A stretch of DNA of 63,828 bases, filler included, from Octopus bimaculoides (GCF_001194135.2; 4 parts of 4 records of this genome joined end to end with filler, not necessarily neighbours in it); one strand, 5' to 3'. Positions 51,046 to 63,828 are shown, numbered from the whole stretch's first letter. Notes: generated by a model from the sequence alone, not told the origin. A program made the numbers and translations.

Positions 51046-52146
51046 TCAAAAGAAGTCGCTACTAGTTACTTTTGANNNNNNNNNNNNNNNNNNNNNNNNN
51101 NNNNNNNNNNNNNNNNNNNNNNNNNNNNNNNNNNNNNNNNNNNNNNNNNNNNNNNNNNNNNNNNNNNNNNNNNNNNNNNNNNNNNNNNNNNNNNNNNNNN
51201 NNNNNNNNNNNNNNNNNNNNNNNNNNNNNNNNNNNNNNNNNNNNNNNNNNNNNNNNNNNNNNNNNNNNNNNNNNNNNNNNNNNNNNNNNNNNNNNNNNNN
51301 NNNNNNNNNNNNNNNNNNNNNNNNNNNNNNNNNNNNNNNNNNNNNNNNNNNNNNNNNNNNNNNNNNNNNNNNNNNNNNNNNNNNNNNNNNNNNNNNNNNN
51401 NNNNNNNNNNNNNNNNNNNNNNNNNNNNNNNNNNNNNNNNNNNNNNNNNNNNNNNNNNNNNNNNNNNNNNNNNNNNNNNNNNNNNNNNNNNNNNNNNNNN
51501 NNNNNNNNNNNNNNNNNNNNNNNNNNNNNNNNNNNNNNNNNNNNNNNNNNNNNNNNNNNNNNNNNNNNNNNNNNNNNNNNNNNNNNNNNNNNNNNNNNNN
51601 NNNNNNNNNNNNNNNNNNNNNNNNNNNNNNNNNNNNNNNNNNNNNNNNNNNNNNNNNNNNNNNNNNNNNNNNNNNNNNNNNNNNNNNNNNNNNNNNNNNN
51701 NNNNNNNNNNNNNNNNNNNNNNNNNNNNNNNNNNNNNNNNNNNNNNNNNNNNNNNNNNNNNNNNNNNNNNNNNNNNNNNNNNNNNNNNNNNNNNNNNNNN
51801 NNNNNNNNNNNNNNNNNNNNNNNNNNNNNNNNNNNNNNNNNNNNNNAATATATATATATATATATATAAATATATATATATAAATATACACACACATGAT
51901 GGTAGTCTCTCAGTCTGAAAAGGATAGCTCTGCAATTTCTTGCTGAACTTGCACAAATGATTTCTCACGCATTGCCGGAATAGGTGCACGATGTACCACA
52001 CATCAAGTTGCAAAAACAGTGCAGAGCAATGTGAGACTTAGTACCTCGCTCAAGAACACAATGCACCACCCAGTCCAGGAACTGAAACCACAATTTCACA
52101 ATCGTGAGAGCAACACATTAACACTAGACCATGCTGCAACTCATTC

Positions 52147-52615
52147 ATTGCCAAAGAGTCAACTCTGTTGGACTGGGCATCTCATCAGGATGCCCCACTT
52201 GTCTTACCTGCATTGTTTTCTATCGGGAACTGACCAAAGGACAGTGATCCATTGGAGGACAGAGGAAGAGACACAAAGATCAAGTTGCTGTCTTCTTGCA
52301 GAAATGCAACATTCCTCCTACAGATCTAGAAACTCTTGCTGTGGATTGAAGCAGATGGCAGACCATCAACCACCAAATGTGTGAAACCTGTCAAGACAAG
52401 TTGCTGTCAATGGCTTGATGAGCACTGAGCAAGGTGTGCTGTGGCTGCTACTCAATCACCTCAAACATCCAACTCATTGTTTCCTTGTTTGACCTGTGGA
52501 AACCTCTGCCATTCAGCTTTTGACCTCCATTCACATCAACATGTCTACCAACTGCATTTGACACCAACTTAAAAACATAGCATCATTCTTGGAAGTGAGG
52601 GACTTCCAAGCAATA
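52147..52615 (+). mobile_element. RTE LINE C-terminal fragment (separate subfamily)
   Basis: QLCWTGHLIRMP, SIGGQRKRHKDQ, CNIPPTDLETLAVD.SRWQ. Confidence 0.82.
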
Positions 52616-52936
52616 TATATCTATATCTGTTACATCCGTATATACCTATACATATATATGTACATGTATTCACTATATGCATACATATATGTACGCATGT
52701 ATATACACACATGGATACATACATAGACACACATACTGATAAGTATACATACATACAGACACACATAATGAGAGATATACATACATACAGACACATACTG
52801 ATAGATATACATACATATATATATATACACATATATAAACCCATACACACACACACACACACACGTTTGTGTATGTGAATGTGTTTGTGCATGTAAAATA
52901 ATTACTTGCATTGTGTACAAGCAAGATCTGGAACAA

Positions 52937-53225
52937 TTATTACCTCCATCTTAGCGAAGACAGAGGTATTATTTTCAGTCATGTTTGTTTGTTTGTTAGT
53001 TTGTTTGTCCGTAGATAAGATATCTCAAGAACTGCTGGATATATTTGGATGAAACTTCTTTTCACTTCATTTTTGAAAGTGGTTGGGTTCATTTTTAGTA
53101 TTCTCATGAGAGCAGTCGAGTTCATTTCAGATATTCTCATTCTAAAAAAACATCTCCGGCTAATCGTTGACAGGACAGTGATGTTGCCTTGGCAGAGGTT
53201 TGCACTCTCTGAGTGCTCTTGCTTG
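52937..53225 (+). mobile_element. DINE-1/HINE-like (Helentron-type) non-autonomous element
   Basis: 5' TTATTACCTCC with nearby GAGGTA, (GTTT)n core, subterminal GGCAGAGGT, 3' hairpin GCACTC-TCT-GAGTGC. Confidence 0.65.
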
Positions 53226-53522
53226 TATATCTATTAGTAACACATCTAGGCTAGTTCAAATGCAAAAAAGGCTGAGTGTTGTAGAGTACATAATAGGGGA
53301 ATAAATTTTCCCTTTTACAATGACTGGGTTCAACAGTCAGCTCATTGATGCACAACATTCTGAGATTCCAGTGTTTCAACAAGTCTTATCAGCCAGAACT
53401 TTGAACCACTGGCTTTGTTTATATTTTCAGCAAACAATTTTTTTACCTATCAGTGCTTATCTCTGCCAACAAAAAGAAATTATGTTCTTTGATTTTGCAA
53501 TTTCACTATAAAGTACCCTTAA

Positions 53523-53738
53523 CCTTTTTGATATCAATCCACCCAAGACTGTCCTTGCTTCTTTTTGATACAAACTCTCTATATAAAATGATCTAAATTA
53601 AAATTTCCCATTAAAATTCCATGTTAATTTATGTTCCAATTAGCAGCTTAGACCAAGATATTTTAGTAAATTCTTTATTTCCAAAACTAACTGAAATAAA
53701 AATGGTTATAGTTCAGTAGAAATTCTGTAACAGAAAGG
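53523..53738. mobile_element. piggyBac-type MITE
   Basis: TTAA|CCTTTTTGATAT ... GTAACAGAAAGG|TTAA. Confidence 0.62.
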
Positions 53739-54714
53739 TTAAATCAGTCTGAATTAGGTGGTTACTATTAACTATATTTATTCCAAAGAAAAGTAAAAAG
53801 AACTATAGGAAGATGGAGGAGGTGCAGGAAAAATTTGACAAGGTAATTAGCCTTGTAACAGATTCACAATCAGATTCAACAAGACAAGCCTGTACCCAGC
53901 TATGTTGCCTTCCATAAATAAAACAGTTAGGTGGTTCGTTTTGACAATCAGACATTCTGGGGCAGATGCAGATATTCCAAGTCACTGAAACAGCACACTG
54001 AGCATCTAAATATTAATGAACAAGCTTTTTTTATTGAATCAAACAACTTATCCATCCAATAAAACAAGTCATCACAATCCTTTATACACTATGTACTCTT
54101 ACATATACATATATTCATTTATATAGACTAACTACCCCCATATTTAATTTACACACTCACACAAAATTATACATACACGTTCATATACTTATTAAGCACA
54201 CCTAAATATGCATGAATATTCACACACTTGTGTCATCTCTTTCACCTGCACACACCAAAAATTTGAATATTTTGATATGCTCGTCCTTCAATTTCTCTGC
54301 AAATATATCACATAAAAAAAACCCACTACATTTTGTAAAGTGGTTGATGTTAGGAAGGACATTCAGCCATAGAAACCTTACTAAAGCAGGTAGTAGGTCA
54401 TTTTTCTTAGACTTACATTCAACTTTATACACACTTATAAATACATACCTGTATTAAAATGCACACCCACACATCTACTAACACTCAGACATTTTCTCAC
54501 ATAAACACCTTCCTACTACCAACCACTCCCACCTTGCTTTACAACTGGTCTTACCCAATGCAGATAGTCGGCCTTTACTGCTGACTCTTCCAGCACTCTT
54601 TCCCTCTCTCACATTATACACACATGTACACACAAACATACATATGCACACATGCACCCGCCTGATCATTATTCCCTTGCTAATATTCTCACACACACAC
54701 ATGCATTATTGCTA

Positions 54715-55624
54715 TGAGGTGCATTCAAAAAAGTATCTGACTAAATTATTTTCCACCAAAACTAAAGTTGAGAGGGCAAAATCCTTTGGGAAGTGACGAC
54801 AGCCTTCCTGCTCATGCATGTAAAGTTTCATGCCAGTGGGCCATGTCAGTTCCCAACTGTTATGCCTAGGGTACAGATGTGTAGTGCAGAGTCGTCAGAT
54901 TTTTGTTTTCACAGAACACATCAAGCAGAGATATTACATCAAGTTTTGCCAAAAAGCTTGGTGTTACTTAAGTTCAAACCATTCAGAAGGTTCGGCAGGC
55001 CTTTGGCAGTGATGCCATGAGCAAAACTCAGATCAAGGAGTGGTACAACTGCTTCAAACATAGCTACACCTCAGTGGAGAGAATGGCACACTCAGGCAGG
55101 CCATCCACAAGCCAAATTGAGGTGCTGATTGAGAAGGTTTGGCAAATAGTCATGAAGACTGTCATGTAACAATCCAGGAAATTGTTCACAAAGTGGGAAT
55201 AAGCACAGGATCAATGCATTCTATTTTAATATAGGATTTATGCATGTGAAGAGTGTTAGCATTATTCATCTCCAAGGTGCTGGCACAACAGCAGAAGCAA
55301 TTCCACATGAACATCACATAGAACGTGCTGCACTGTGCAAACTACAACCCAGACTTCATGACCATGCTCACTGGTGATTAAACATGGGTTTACAGTTCTA
55401 CTCAATGTATTCAATCATCTTGCATGAAAACGAAAATCTGATGAGTGTACATTACGCATCAGTACTCTAGATGTAACAGTCAGGAACTGACAAGATTTAC
55501 CAGCATGAAACTTTTCACACATGCACAGAAAAGGTGGCATCACCTCCCACCCAAAGGATTCTATCCATGCAGCATTAGTTTTGACAAGTAAAAATAAAGT
55601 CACATACTTTTAGAATGCACCTCA
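54715..55624 (+). mobile_element. Non-autonomous mariner derivative with ~200-bp terminal inverted repeats
   Basis: TA|TGAGGTGCATTCAAAAAAGTATCTGACT ... AGTCACATACTTTTAGAATGCACCTCA|TG; decayed transposase QRYYIKFCQKLG, WYNCFK..TSVE..HSGRPSTS, MLTGD.TWVY. Confidence 0.9.
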
Positions 55625-56238
55625 TGTATACATGCACACATGCATTGATATACATACATGCACTCACTTTTCAATCTCTACTTTATACTCACCTTTGCAT
55701 ATTTCTCCGCTACCCATTCACTACTGGATTTTACCACTTCACTTGCCTATTTCATCTGGATTTTAACAATTTGCCTGTTAAGCCTCACCTATTGTTTAAC
55801 ATACTATTTTTTCAAAATTTCCTTTTTTAACATGACCATCTGTGCTTTCTTGACTTTTCTTAAATTTTTTTTTCCTTTCCTTTATTTTCCCTCATATATG
55901 AAAAAAAATTTTTATATCAGCATCTAGCCACAAATTGTTTCCCTATTGTTTTCTGTCTGAGACCAATTTGACAGTCTATTCTCATCTGTTTTTTTATCCT
56001 TTTATTATTGTACCTCCAGATTTTTCAGTGTTACCAATTAACTATTTCCTCTAAAGGTTTTTAATATATTTTCACTATTTATAAAGCTTTTTCATCAGCG
56101 TTTTTTAAATCAACACATTCCTTCCCTTTTGTCCCACCATCATGCTTGCCCTTCTTTTTAACCATAAAAATAATATGTGTTGAAACTTGCCCTCTGATGT
56201 TCATTGCCTAATGTGTGTGTGTTTGTGTGTATACATAC

Positions 56239-56275
<37 letters not shown>

Positions 56276-56375
56276 AATATACATACACATATCTATTATA
56301 TAAATGACACTGTAAGACCTATTTATAAATGTTCTATATTATACACAGCCTTGATTCTTTATCTCATTACGAAAT

Positions 56376-56418
<43 letters not shown>

Positions 56419-56588
56419 TACATACATAGACACATACATATATACATACACTCATATATACACATTCATATATACACACACACACACANNNNNNNNNNNN
56501 NNNNNNNNNNNNNNNNNNNNNNNNNNNNNNNNTTAATTAATTAANNNNNNNNNNNNNNNNNNNNNNNNNNNNNNNNNNNNNNNNNNNN

Positions 56589-56872
56589 TTCTCACTCACC
56601 CCTCTCTCACTCACCCCTCTCTCATTCACCACTCTCTCACTCACCCCTCTCTCATTCACCACTCTCTCACTCACCACTCTCACTCATCCCTCTCTCACTC
56701 ATCCCTCTCTCACTCATCCCTCTCTCACTCACCACTCTCTCACTCACCCCTCTCTCATTCACCACTCTCATTCACCACTCTCTCACTCACCCTTCTCTCA
56801 CTCACCCCTCTCTCATTCACCACTCTCTCACTCACCACTTTCTCATTCACCCCTCCCTCATTCACCACTCTC
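56589..56872. repeat. ~14-bp minisatellite (CTCTCTCACTCACC)n
   Basis: Directly visible tandem array running out of a gap. Confidence 0.92.
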
Positions 56873-58334
56873 ACGAACCAGACAAACACTACCAGCCATG
56901 GCCAAAGCACGCACAATAACATCAACACCACCAAATAGTAAATTGAATGGTAAAACAAGCATAACACGGAATCCCAGAATCTGCCGGTATTCCCAACGCG
57001 AGAAACTATGCCTGTTGCGTGACTGATATTTTCTTTTAACAACCGAAAATAGGCCGGAGGCTTGACATTCTTGAAATATAATGCTTAATTTATGAAACAC
57101 GGATCTATTCATTAAATAATAATCTAATTATTCGTAATATCATTTCTGAGGATGGGTTGAAGTTGAAAGTGAAGTGTACCTCGTACACAGTGGAACCTCC
57201 TTTATCGTTCTCAGATGGTTGATGTTCAAACTCGACTTCGGTGAAATTCGATTCGGGGACGGTGAACTACTTTTTCTCCCTCTGCCCTATTCATCATTGT
57301 GCTTCACACCTAATACCCTCAACCCGAATAGTAGGTCAGTAGTAGAATAGTTGTGTGTCTTGAGTACAGTTGTAGGTCTTAAGTATAAAATGGGACAGAA
57401 GATAAAAGTAATTTATAATTGGGTGACAACAACACAACGCTCACATATTCATCTCATAAATTATCTTGATGACCTATTTCGTGGTTGTTCTCTAGAAGTA
57501 ATCGCTATAAAATATCCGAAGCAAAACACCTACTCAATGTAATTCAAATGCACACATTATGTTATGTTCAAACCTGATTGATTATCTGCGAGGTAACACC
57601 CACTGAAAACCAAGATACCTCCCACAAATCTTAAAACTTTTCACTCGAACAGAAGCATTTAAACTGTACTCCATTGTAGTCAAAACAACCAAGATACTAT
57701 CACAAATTCCAACCCCTCTTCATAGTTCCTGTGGTGGTGGAAACAGTGTGGGGATTGCCCCATTAAGCTATACCGTTCGATGAAAGAGACTTTTTCCTGC
57801 TCTGGCCACGGACAGGAAGATCGTTCCCGGTAATCTGGCAGGGTCACCCAAGACGGGCAGGTTGATGTTGAACCCAAACTGGTAGTTACCTGCATGGGGA
57901 GCAGCATAGCAGGTGTGAAACCTTGGCAAAAGAACTGCCAACCTAGTCAACGGTAAGGTGCAGAAGATGCTGGGCAGACAAATCCAAAACAGATCAATGG
58001 CCAGGGCCAACCAGTTCAGTCAGAGAAATACGGCGATTATCAATAGACGTGGCTGATGATTATATTGAGCTATCGAAAGACTATTGATCGGGTAAACGAA
58101 AATATAATAGCTTCACGTACCAAGAAAATTATTTTGCGTTAAATACTTTCTGCAAATAAATAACAAAACGTCTCAAATCCCAAATGTCCATACAAAAAAC
58201 TATAATTTCTATTGACAGCAATCTTACACAACCCCACAACTGTGCCAATCATACATTCTAAAGACTATACTTGCTCTCCAGAGCGAAGACGTACTTCAGT
58301 ACTGCCGTGATAATGACCCTTTATAGGGGCTAAC

Positions 58335-58630
58335 TTTCAGCTCTCCATCGGTTACAACGATGAGGGTACCAGTTGATGCGGTCAACGGAATAGCCTCCTC
58401 GTGGCTGAGCACTCCACAGACACGTGTATCTTTAACGTAGTTCTCAGGGAGATCCAGCGTGACACAGGGTGTGACAGGGCTGGTCCTTTGAAATACAGGT
58501 CCAATTCATTTTTTGCCAGCTGAGTGGACTGGAGCAGCGTGAAGTGTTTTGTTTAAAGACAACACACCTCCGAGAACCGACCGCACGACCGTGAGCGGTA
58601 TACCCTGACCACTTAGTCACGCGCCTTCAC
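58335..58630 (-). mobile_element. SINE sharing the family D 3' module but with a different head and centre (related fragment at ~52015-52140)
   Basis: agcactccacagacacgtgt...gtagttctc matches family D; gctgagtggactggagca module is absent from family D. Confidence 0.7.
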
Positions 58631-59352
58631 AGGGGTCAATTAAAATCAATATTAGAGAACTGCTCGAATATTTGAGACATAAATGCTGCTACACACAAAC
58701 ATTTTAGATCTTTTCCTATAATTAAAAAAACAAAAGAACAAAAGCAACAGCGACACGTTCATTATAAACATAAATCAATAATTGACTCAGAGACCCGTGA
58801 TATCCTTTGTCTCTTCTTAACTGTAAGAGTTTACGCCTGTTTGATTTGGCATATTTGACAATATGCTTATCATCTTCAATCAATGATCCAAGTCAACGAA
58901 GGTGCCTCTACGCGGTTTTATAACCTGATATAATAAATATTTTAATCTTCTTAAAATTGTACTTAAAAGCTTTAAAACCGAATGATTCTGTTAGATAAAG
59001 CACTCCTGAATATAATGTAGCAGGAAAAGGAGGGAATTGTCATGATTTGAATGTCGATCGGACAATGTACGTGTGCTTCACGGAAACACGCTGTTTACTT
59101 TTGGACGGCATTCAAAAACAAGCTGTAAATTTTCAAGACTCAGTACAAAAGAATAACATCTGTTACCCTATATTTGAGACCACGTTGTCCATTCTCCGCT
59201 GTGGCCACCCCCTGAATCTAAAGAGCTTCTGCGCTATCTTTTGGCTGCTAGAAATAGCAACCAAGTCTTTCTCTAATCATACCTTAGGCTTCTTAAAATA
59301 GCAAAGTCACATTAGATGATTTAATCGTAGATAAAGGCAGGGTAAACTCAGT

Positions 59353-59888
59353 TTTCTTTTATTCTTTTATTTGTTTCAGGCATTTGACTGTGGCCATGCT
59401 GGAGCACCGCCTTTAGTCGAGCAAACCGACCCCAGAACTTATTCTATATAAGCCTAGTACTTATACTATGGGTCTCTTTTGCCGAACCGCTAAGCATCAG
59501 TTATCAAGCGATGTTGGGTGAGGGGGGGAACACACACATATACACGACGGGCTTCTATCAGTTTCCGTCTATCAAATCCACTCATGAGGCTTTGGTCGGT
59601 TTTTGGACTATAGCAGAAGACACTTGCCCAAGGCGTCACACAGTGGAACTGAACCCGGAACCATGTGGTTGGTAAGCAAGCTACTTACCACACAGCCACA
59701 CCTGCGCCTTATTCACACATATATGACAAGCTTCTATCAGTTTCCGTCTACCAAATCTACTCGCGAGGCTTTGGTCGGCTCTTGGGCTATAGCAGAAGAC
59801 ACTTGCCCAAGGTGTTACGCAGCGGGACTGAACCCGGAACCATGTGGTTGGTAAGCAAGCTACTTACCACACAGCCACTCCTGCGCCT
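59353..59888 (-). mobile_element. SINE family A with a tandemly duplicated 5' head module
   Basis: Head module occurs at ~59545-59710 and again at ~59725-59888. Confidence 0.85.
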
Positions 59889-61136
59889 TATTTTATCATA
59901 GACAATTATTTTATTATAGATTTGCTCCTCTGGCGCTGATTCGGGCCACAACAACAATAGATGCACAGAAAAAGGCCGCACAATGTGTACAAACTATGAA
60001 TATTGCTTACGAAATGTGCAATATAATTTTTTACGAAAACACATTTATATATTCGGAGCAACTGACCTGCTGGTCGTCGATATCGTTCCGTCGACAACCT
60101 GCATCTTAACCTCGCCATTCTAAGAGGTCGTTTTCGAAGTCTTAACTGCCACCACTCCTCCAACGAAACAATAACAACAATAATAATCCTTCCTATTATA
60201 CGCACAAGGGGTGAAAGTTTTGGGTAGGGGGCTAGTCGATTACATCGACCCCAGTGTTTCACTGGTACTTAATTTATCGGCGCCGAAAGGATGAAGGGGA
60301 AAGTCGACCTCAGCGAAATTTGAACTCAGAACATAAAGCCTTAAGAAATGCCGCTAAGCATTTTACCTGGCGTGCTACCGAATCTGCCATTTCCCCGCCG
60401 AATAATTCTTCTTGCAAGATGTACAAAGCCTGAAATCTGGGGAGGGGTCTAGTCGATCACACCAGCCTCATTACTTAACTGGTATCTATTTAATGAACTC
60501 TGAAATGATAGAAAGTAAAGTCAGCCTCGGCGGAATTTGAACTCAGAATGTAAAGACGGACAAAATGTGGCTTAGCATTTTATTAGAAGCGCTTACGATT
60601 CTGTCAAATCGACATACACATAAATGGTGACTCCGAATTCTTAAAAGTCTGCAATTTGCCATTTTACTGATTTTATTTCTTTTGAAAATGAATGCTTTAC
60701 AAGTAATAACTTCATTCGATCACAGAATCTGAACGAATAATTTAAAAAAGACAAAATATGCAAATGGCGATTCCTTTAAATTTTTCATAATTTGCTAAAA
60801 ACATGTTAAAACGAATTGACCAAGAAATTTATTCAATATTTTCAACCAGAATAAAGGTGTCATTTTAACCTTTCGCTCAATAAAAAACAGAAAAACCAAA
60901 AGCAGATTATTATTCAAAGATATTGATGGAACTGATGTAACCGTTAATCAGCTGTCTGGCAGAGAATATAAAATGGCTTCCATACTATTCATCTATTTCT
61001 AAATAGCTTTTTGTTGGAAGGACTTTGAGAACATCTGCTTATATTGTGATGATTCGTATACGAGCGAACGAGTGAAATAAAATGCAGAAGCTATCTGTTA
61101 TAAATGAAAATGGGAACCAGATTATCATTAAAATGT

Positions 61137-61179
<43 letters not shown>

Positions 61180-61414
61180 AAATACACACACACACACACA
61201 TTCACCATGTTGGATCGCTGAACTCTACAAGGTTTTTTTCATTCTCTCTTTGTTTATTTTCTTTTATTCTTTTCTGTTGAAGAGCGTAGGCGCGAAATGT
61301 AAAAGACTTTTTCCTTTTTCCTGAACGTCAAAGTAACACGCTTGTTGTTCATACACATGCCTTCGTCTTTTGTTTTCTTATAAATTTCAAATACACACAC
61401 ACATATATAATATA

Positions 61415-61505
61415 CTAGCAGAAATACCCGGCGTTGCCCGGGTTAAAGAGAATAATGAAATCTAAAAACGCCGTCTAGACTACGCATCATCTTTATATAT
61501 AGAGA
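61415..61505 (-). mobile_element. Minimal non-autonomous Helitron, 91 bp
   Basis: Minus strand A|TCTCTATATATAAAG ... hairpin ACCCGG-GCAACG-CCGGGT ... CTAG|T. Confidence 0.78.
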
Positions 61506-62188
61506 TGTATATACACACACGCACCCAAACACACGTATATATATGTATATCAATATAAATATATGAAAGTCAATGAAGTTTCGTAAAAGAAGGTGATCAT
61601 GTACATACTTTCTTGCTGTTGTGATTATAACACCTCGTTGTAAACAATGTTCCTTGTATCCCCTTGTGGAGCATATACAATTAGGTTTTTTTTGCTGCCC
61701 ACTCTTGAGCAGCCAACATACAGTTGTCCATGTGAGAAGCAGGGCTCTTCCAAGAGAAGACCAGCTACANNNNNNNNNNNNNNNNNNNNNNNNNNNNNNN
61801 NNNNNNNNNNNNNTTAATTAATTAANNNNNNNNNNNNNNNNNNNNNNNNNNNNNNNNNNNNNNNNNNNNTGCATATATACATACATATATGTACATAACT
61901 ACATATGTATGTATATATACATGCACATATAGGTACAGGACACCAAAAAAACGTGGACACAATGAGAAACGAAAAAATAAAAACAAAAACATAGAAAACA
62001 AACTTTTTTCGAAACAACGAAAAAACAAACAGAGAAACAAGACATGCAACATGAAGAACATTCCCTTCATCAGCTGTCCCCTGTTTCATCTACTCTGCAT
62101 TTCAAAGGTAAGGACAATACGTGACTTTATTGAAACAGTCCTTCCCGCAAAGCAAATTAAATAAAATTTGGGATTTTCCAAGTAAGTT

Positions 62189-62228
<40 letters not shown>

Positions 62229-62234
62229 ATATAT

Positions 62235-63690
62235 ATCATCATCATCATCATTTAAAGTCCATTGTCCACGCTGACATGGATTGGATGGTTTGACCAGGGC
62301 TGGGAAGCTGGAAGGCTGCACCAGACTCCAGTCTGATTTGGCATGGTTTTCTATGGCTGGATGCCCTTCCTAACACCAACTACTCTGAGAGTGCAATCGG
62401 TGCTTTTACATGTCACCAGTACANNNNNNNNNNNNNNNNNNNNNNNNNNNNNNNNNNNNNNNNNNNNNNNNNNNNNNNNNNNNNNNNNNNNNNNNNNNNN
62501 NNNNNNNNNNNNNNNNNNNNNNNNNNNNNNNNNNNNNNNNNNNNNNNNNNNNNNNNNNNNNNNNNNNNNNNNNNNNNNNNNNNNNNNNNNNNNNNNNNNN
62601 NNNNNNNNNNNNNNNNNNNNNNNNNNNNNNNNNNNNNNNNNNNNNNNNNNNNNNNNNNNNNNNNNNNNNNNNNNNNNNNNNNNNNNNNNNNNNNNNNNNN
62701 NNNNNNNNNNNNNNNNNNNNNNNNNNNNNNNNNNNNNNNNNNNNNNNNNNNNNNNNNNNNNNNNNNNNNNNNNNNNNNNNNNNNNNNNNNNNNNNNNNNN
62801 NNNNNNNNNNNNNNNNNNNNNNNNNNNNNNNNNNNNNNNNNNNNNNNNNNNNNNNNNNNNNNNNNNNNNNNNNNNNNNNNNNNNNNNNNNNNNNNNNNNN
62901 NNNNNNNNNNNNNNNNNNNNNNNNNNNNNNNNNNNNNNNNNNNNNNNNNNNNNNNNNNNNNNNNNNNNNNNNNNNNNNNNNNNNNNNNNNNNNNNNNNNN
63001 NNNNNNNNNNNNNNNNNNNNNNNNNNNNNNNNNNNNNNNNNNNNNNNNNNNNNNNNNNNNNNNNNNNNNNNNNNNNNNNNNNNNNNNNNNNNNNNNNNNN
63101 NNNNNNNNNNNNNNNNNNNNNNNNNNNNNNNNNNNNNNNNNNNNNNNNNNNNNNNNNCGCTTTCACTTGCCTCAACAGGTCTTCGCAAGTGGAGTTTAGT
63201 GTCCAATGAAGGAAGGTACGTATAAGTGGGCTGCCTGAGGCCATAGATTTAGGTCTCACTTGGCTTGCCGGGTCTTCTCACGCACAGCATATTTCCAAAG
63301 GTCTCGGTCAGAAGTCATCGCCTCGGTGAGGCCCAATGTTCGAAGGTCGTGCCTCACCACCTCATCCCAGGTCTTCCTGTGCCTACCTCTTCCACAGATT
63401 CCCTCCACTGCTAGAGTGTGGCACTTTTTCACACAGCTATCCTCATCCATTCTCGCTACATGACCATATCAGCGCAATCGTCATTCTTGCACACCACAAC
63501 TGATGCTTCGTAAGTTCAACTTTTCTCTCAAGGTATTAACACTCTGTCTAGAATGCACACTGACATTACACATCCATCGGAGCATACTGGCTTGATTCCT
63601 TGCGAGCCTACGCATGTCCTCAGCAGTCACGGCCCATGTTTCACTGCCATGAAGCATGGCTGTTCATACACATGCGTCATACAGTCTGCC
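62235..63690 (-). mobile_element. RTE-clade LINE 3' end (RT C-terminus, 3'UTR, (GAT)n tail) spanning an assembly gap
   Basis: GSETWAVT...GHVARMDEDSCVKKC...GRGRHRKTWDEVVRHDL...DRDLWK, stop at 63256; the 3'UTR resumes at 62423 and ends in (GAT)n. Confidence 0.9.
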
Positions 63691-63828
63691 TAAAAGGATA
63701 TTTACTCGAAGAAATCTAAGAAGCCTAGTACTTATTTCATCGGTCTCTTGTGCCGAATCACTAAGTCTTGGGGACGTAAACACAACAACATCAGTTGTCA
63801 AGCAGTATTAAAATTTGTTTAATATATA

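Noticed and set aside
53892-53985. Exon-like minus-strand segment (ttcag|TGACTTGG...GCTGG|gtacag)
   Set aside because: No similarity to PGK or TFCP2; weak donor; stops in two frames.
57680-58030. GC-richer segment with overlapping 75-80 aa ORFs
   Set aside because: No recognisable protein; probably a retroelement 5' region, but I could not support a call.

Overview
AT-rich, microsatellite- and SINE-dense animal genomic scaffold with many N gaps. The repeat content suggests an octopus or other coleoid cephalopod; this is inference, not a database result. Two spliced protein-coding genes lie in tandem on the minus strand; the ORF track misses most of their exons. (1) Phosphoglycerate kinase (PGK): 10 coding exons from 48165 to the stop at 37257, all GT-AG and in frame, with catalytic motifs intact. 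The first ~39 codons (two exons) were not found. (2) A TFCP2/LSF/UBP1 (Grainyhead-CP2 family) transcription factor: 11 well-supported exons plus 3-4 candidate cassette exons from 24927 to 719. It runs off the left end, and its first two coding exons were also not found. The rest is transposon-derived: at least 4 tRNA-SINE families, RTE LINE fragments, Penelope-like RT and GIY-YIG fragments, mariner remnants, Tc1/hAT/piggyBac-type MITEs, a foldback element, a 91-bp Helitron and a DINE-1-like element. Best leads: a modular TFCP2 linker built from phase-symmetric exons, inverted repeats able to form dsRNA in the TFCP2 pre-mRNA, the missing 5' exons (assembly gap versus nested or read-through arrangement), a 51-bp-stem hairpin, and a mariner derivative with ~200-bp TIRs. 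No prokaryote-type system (CRISPR, operon) is present. Coordinates were counted by hand: exon edges are exact to the splice dinucleotides, repeat edges approximate. Human exon sizes are from memory and need checking.
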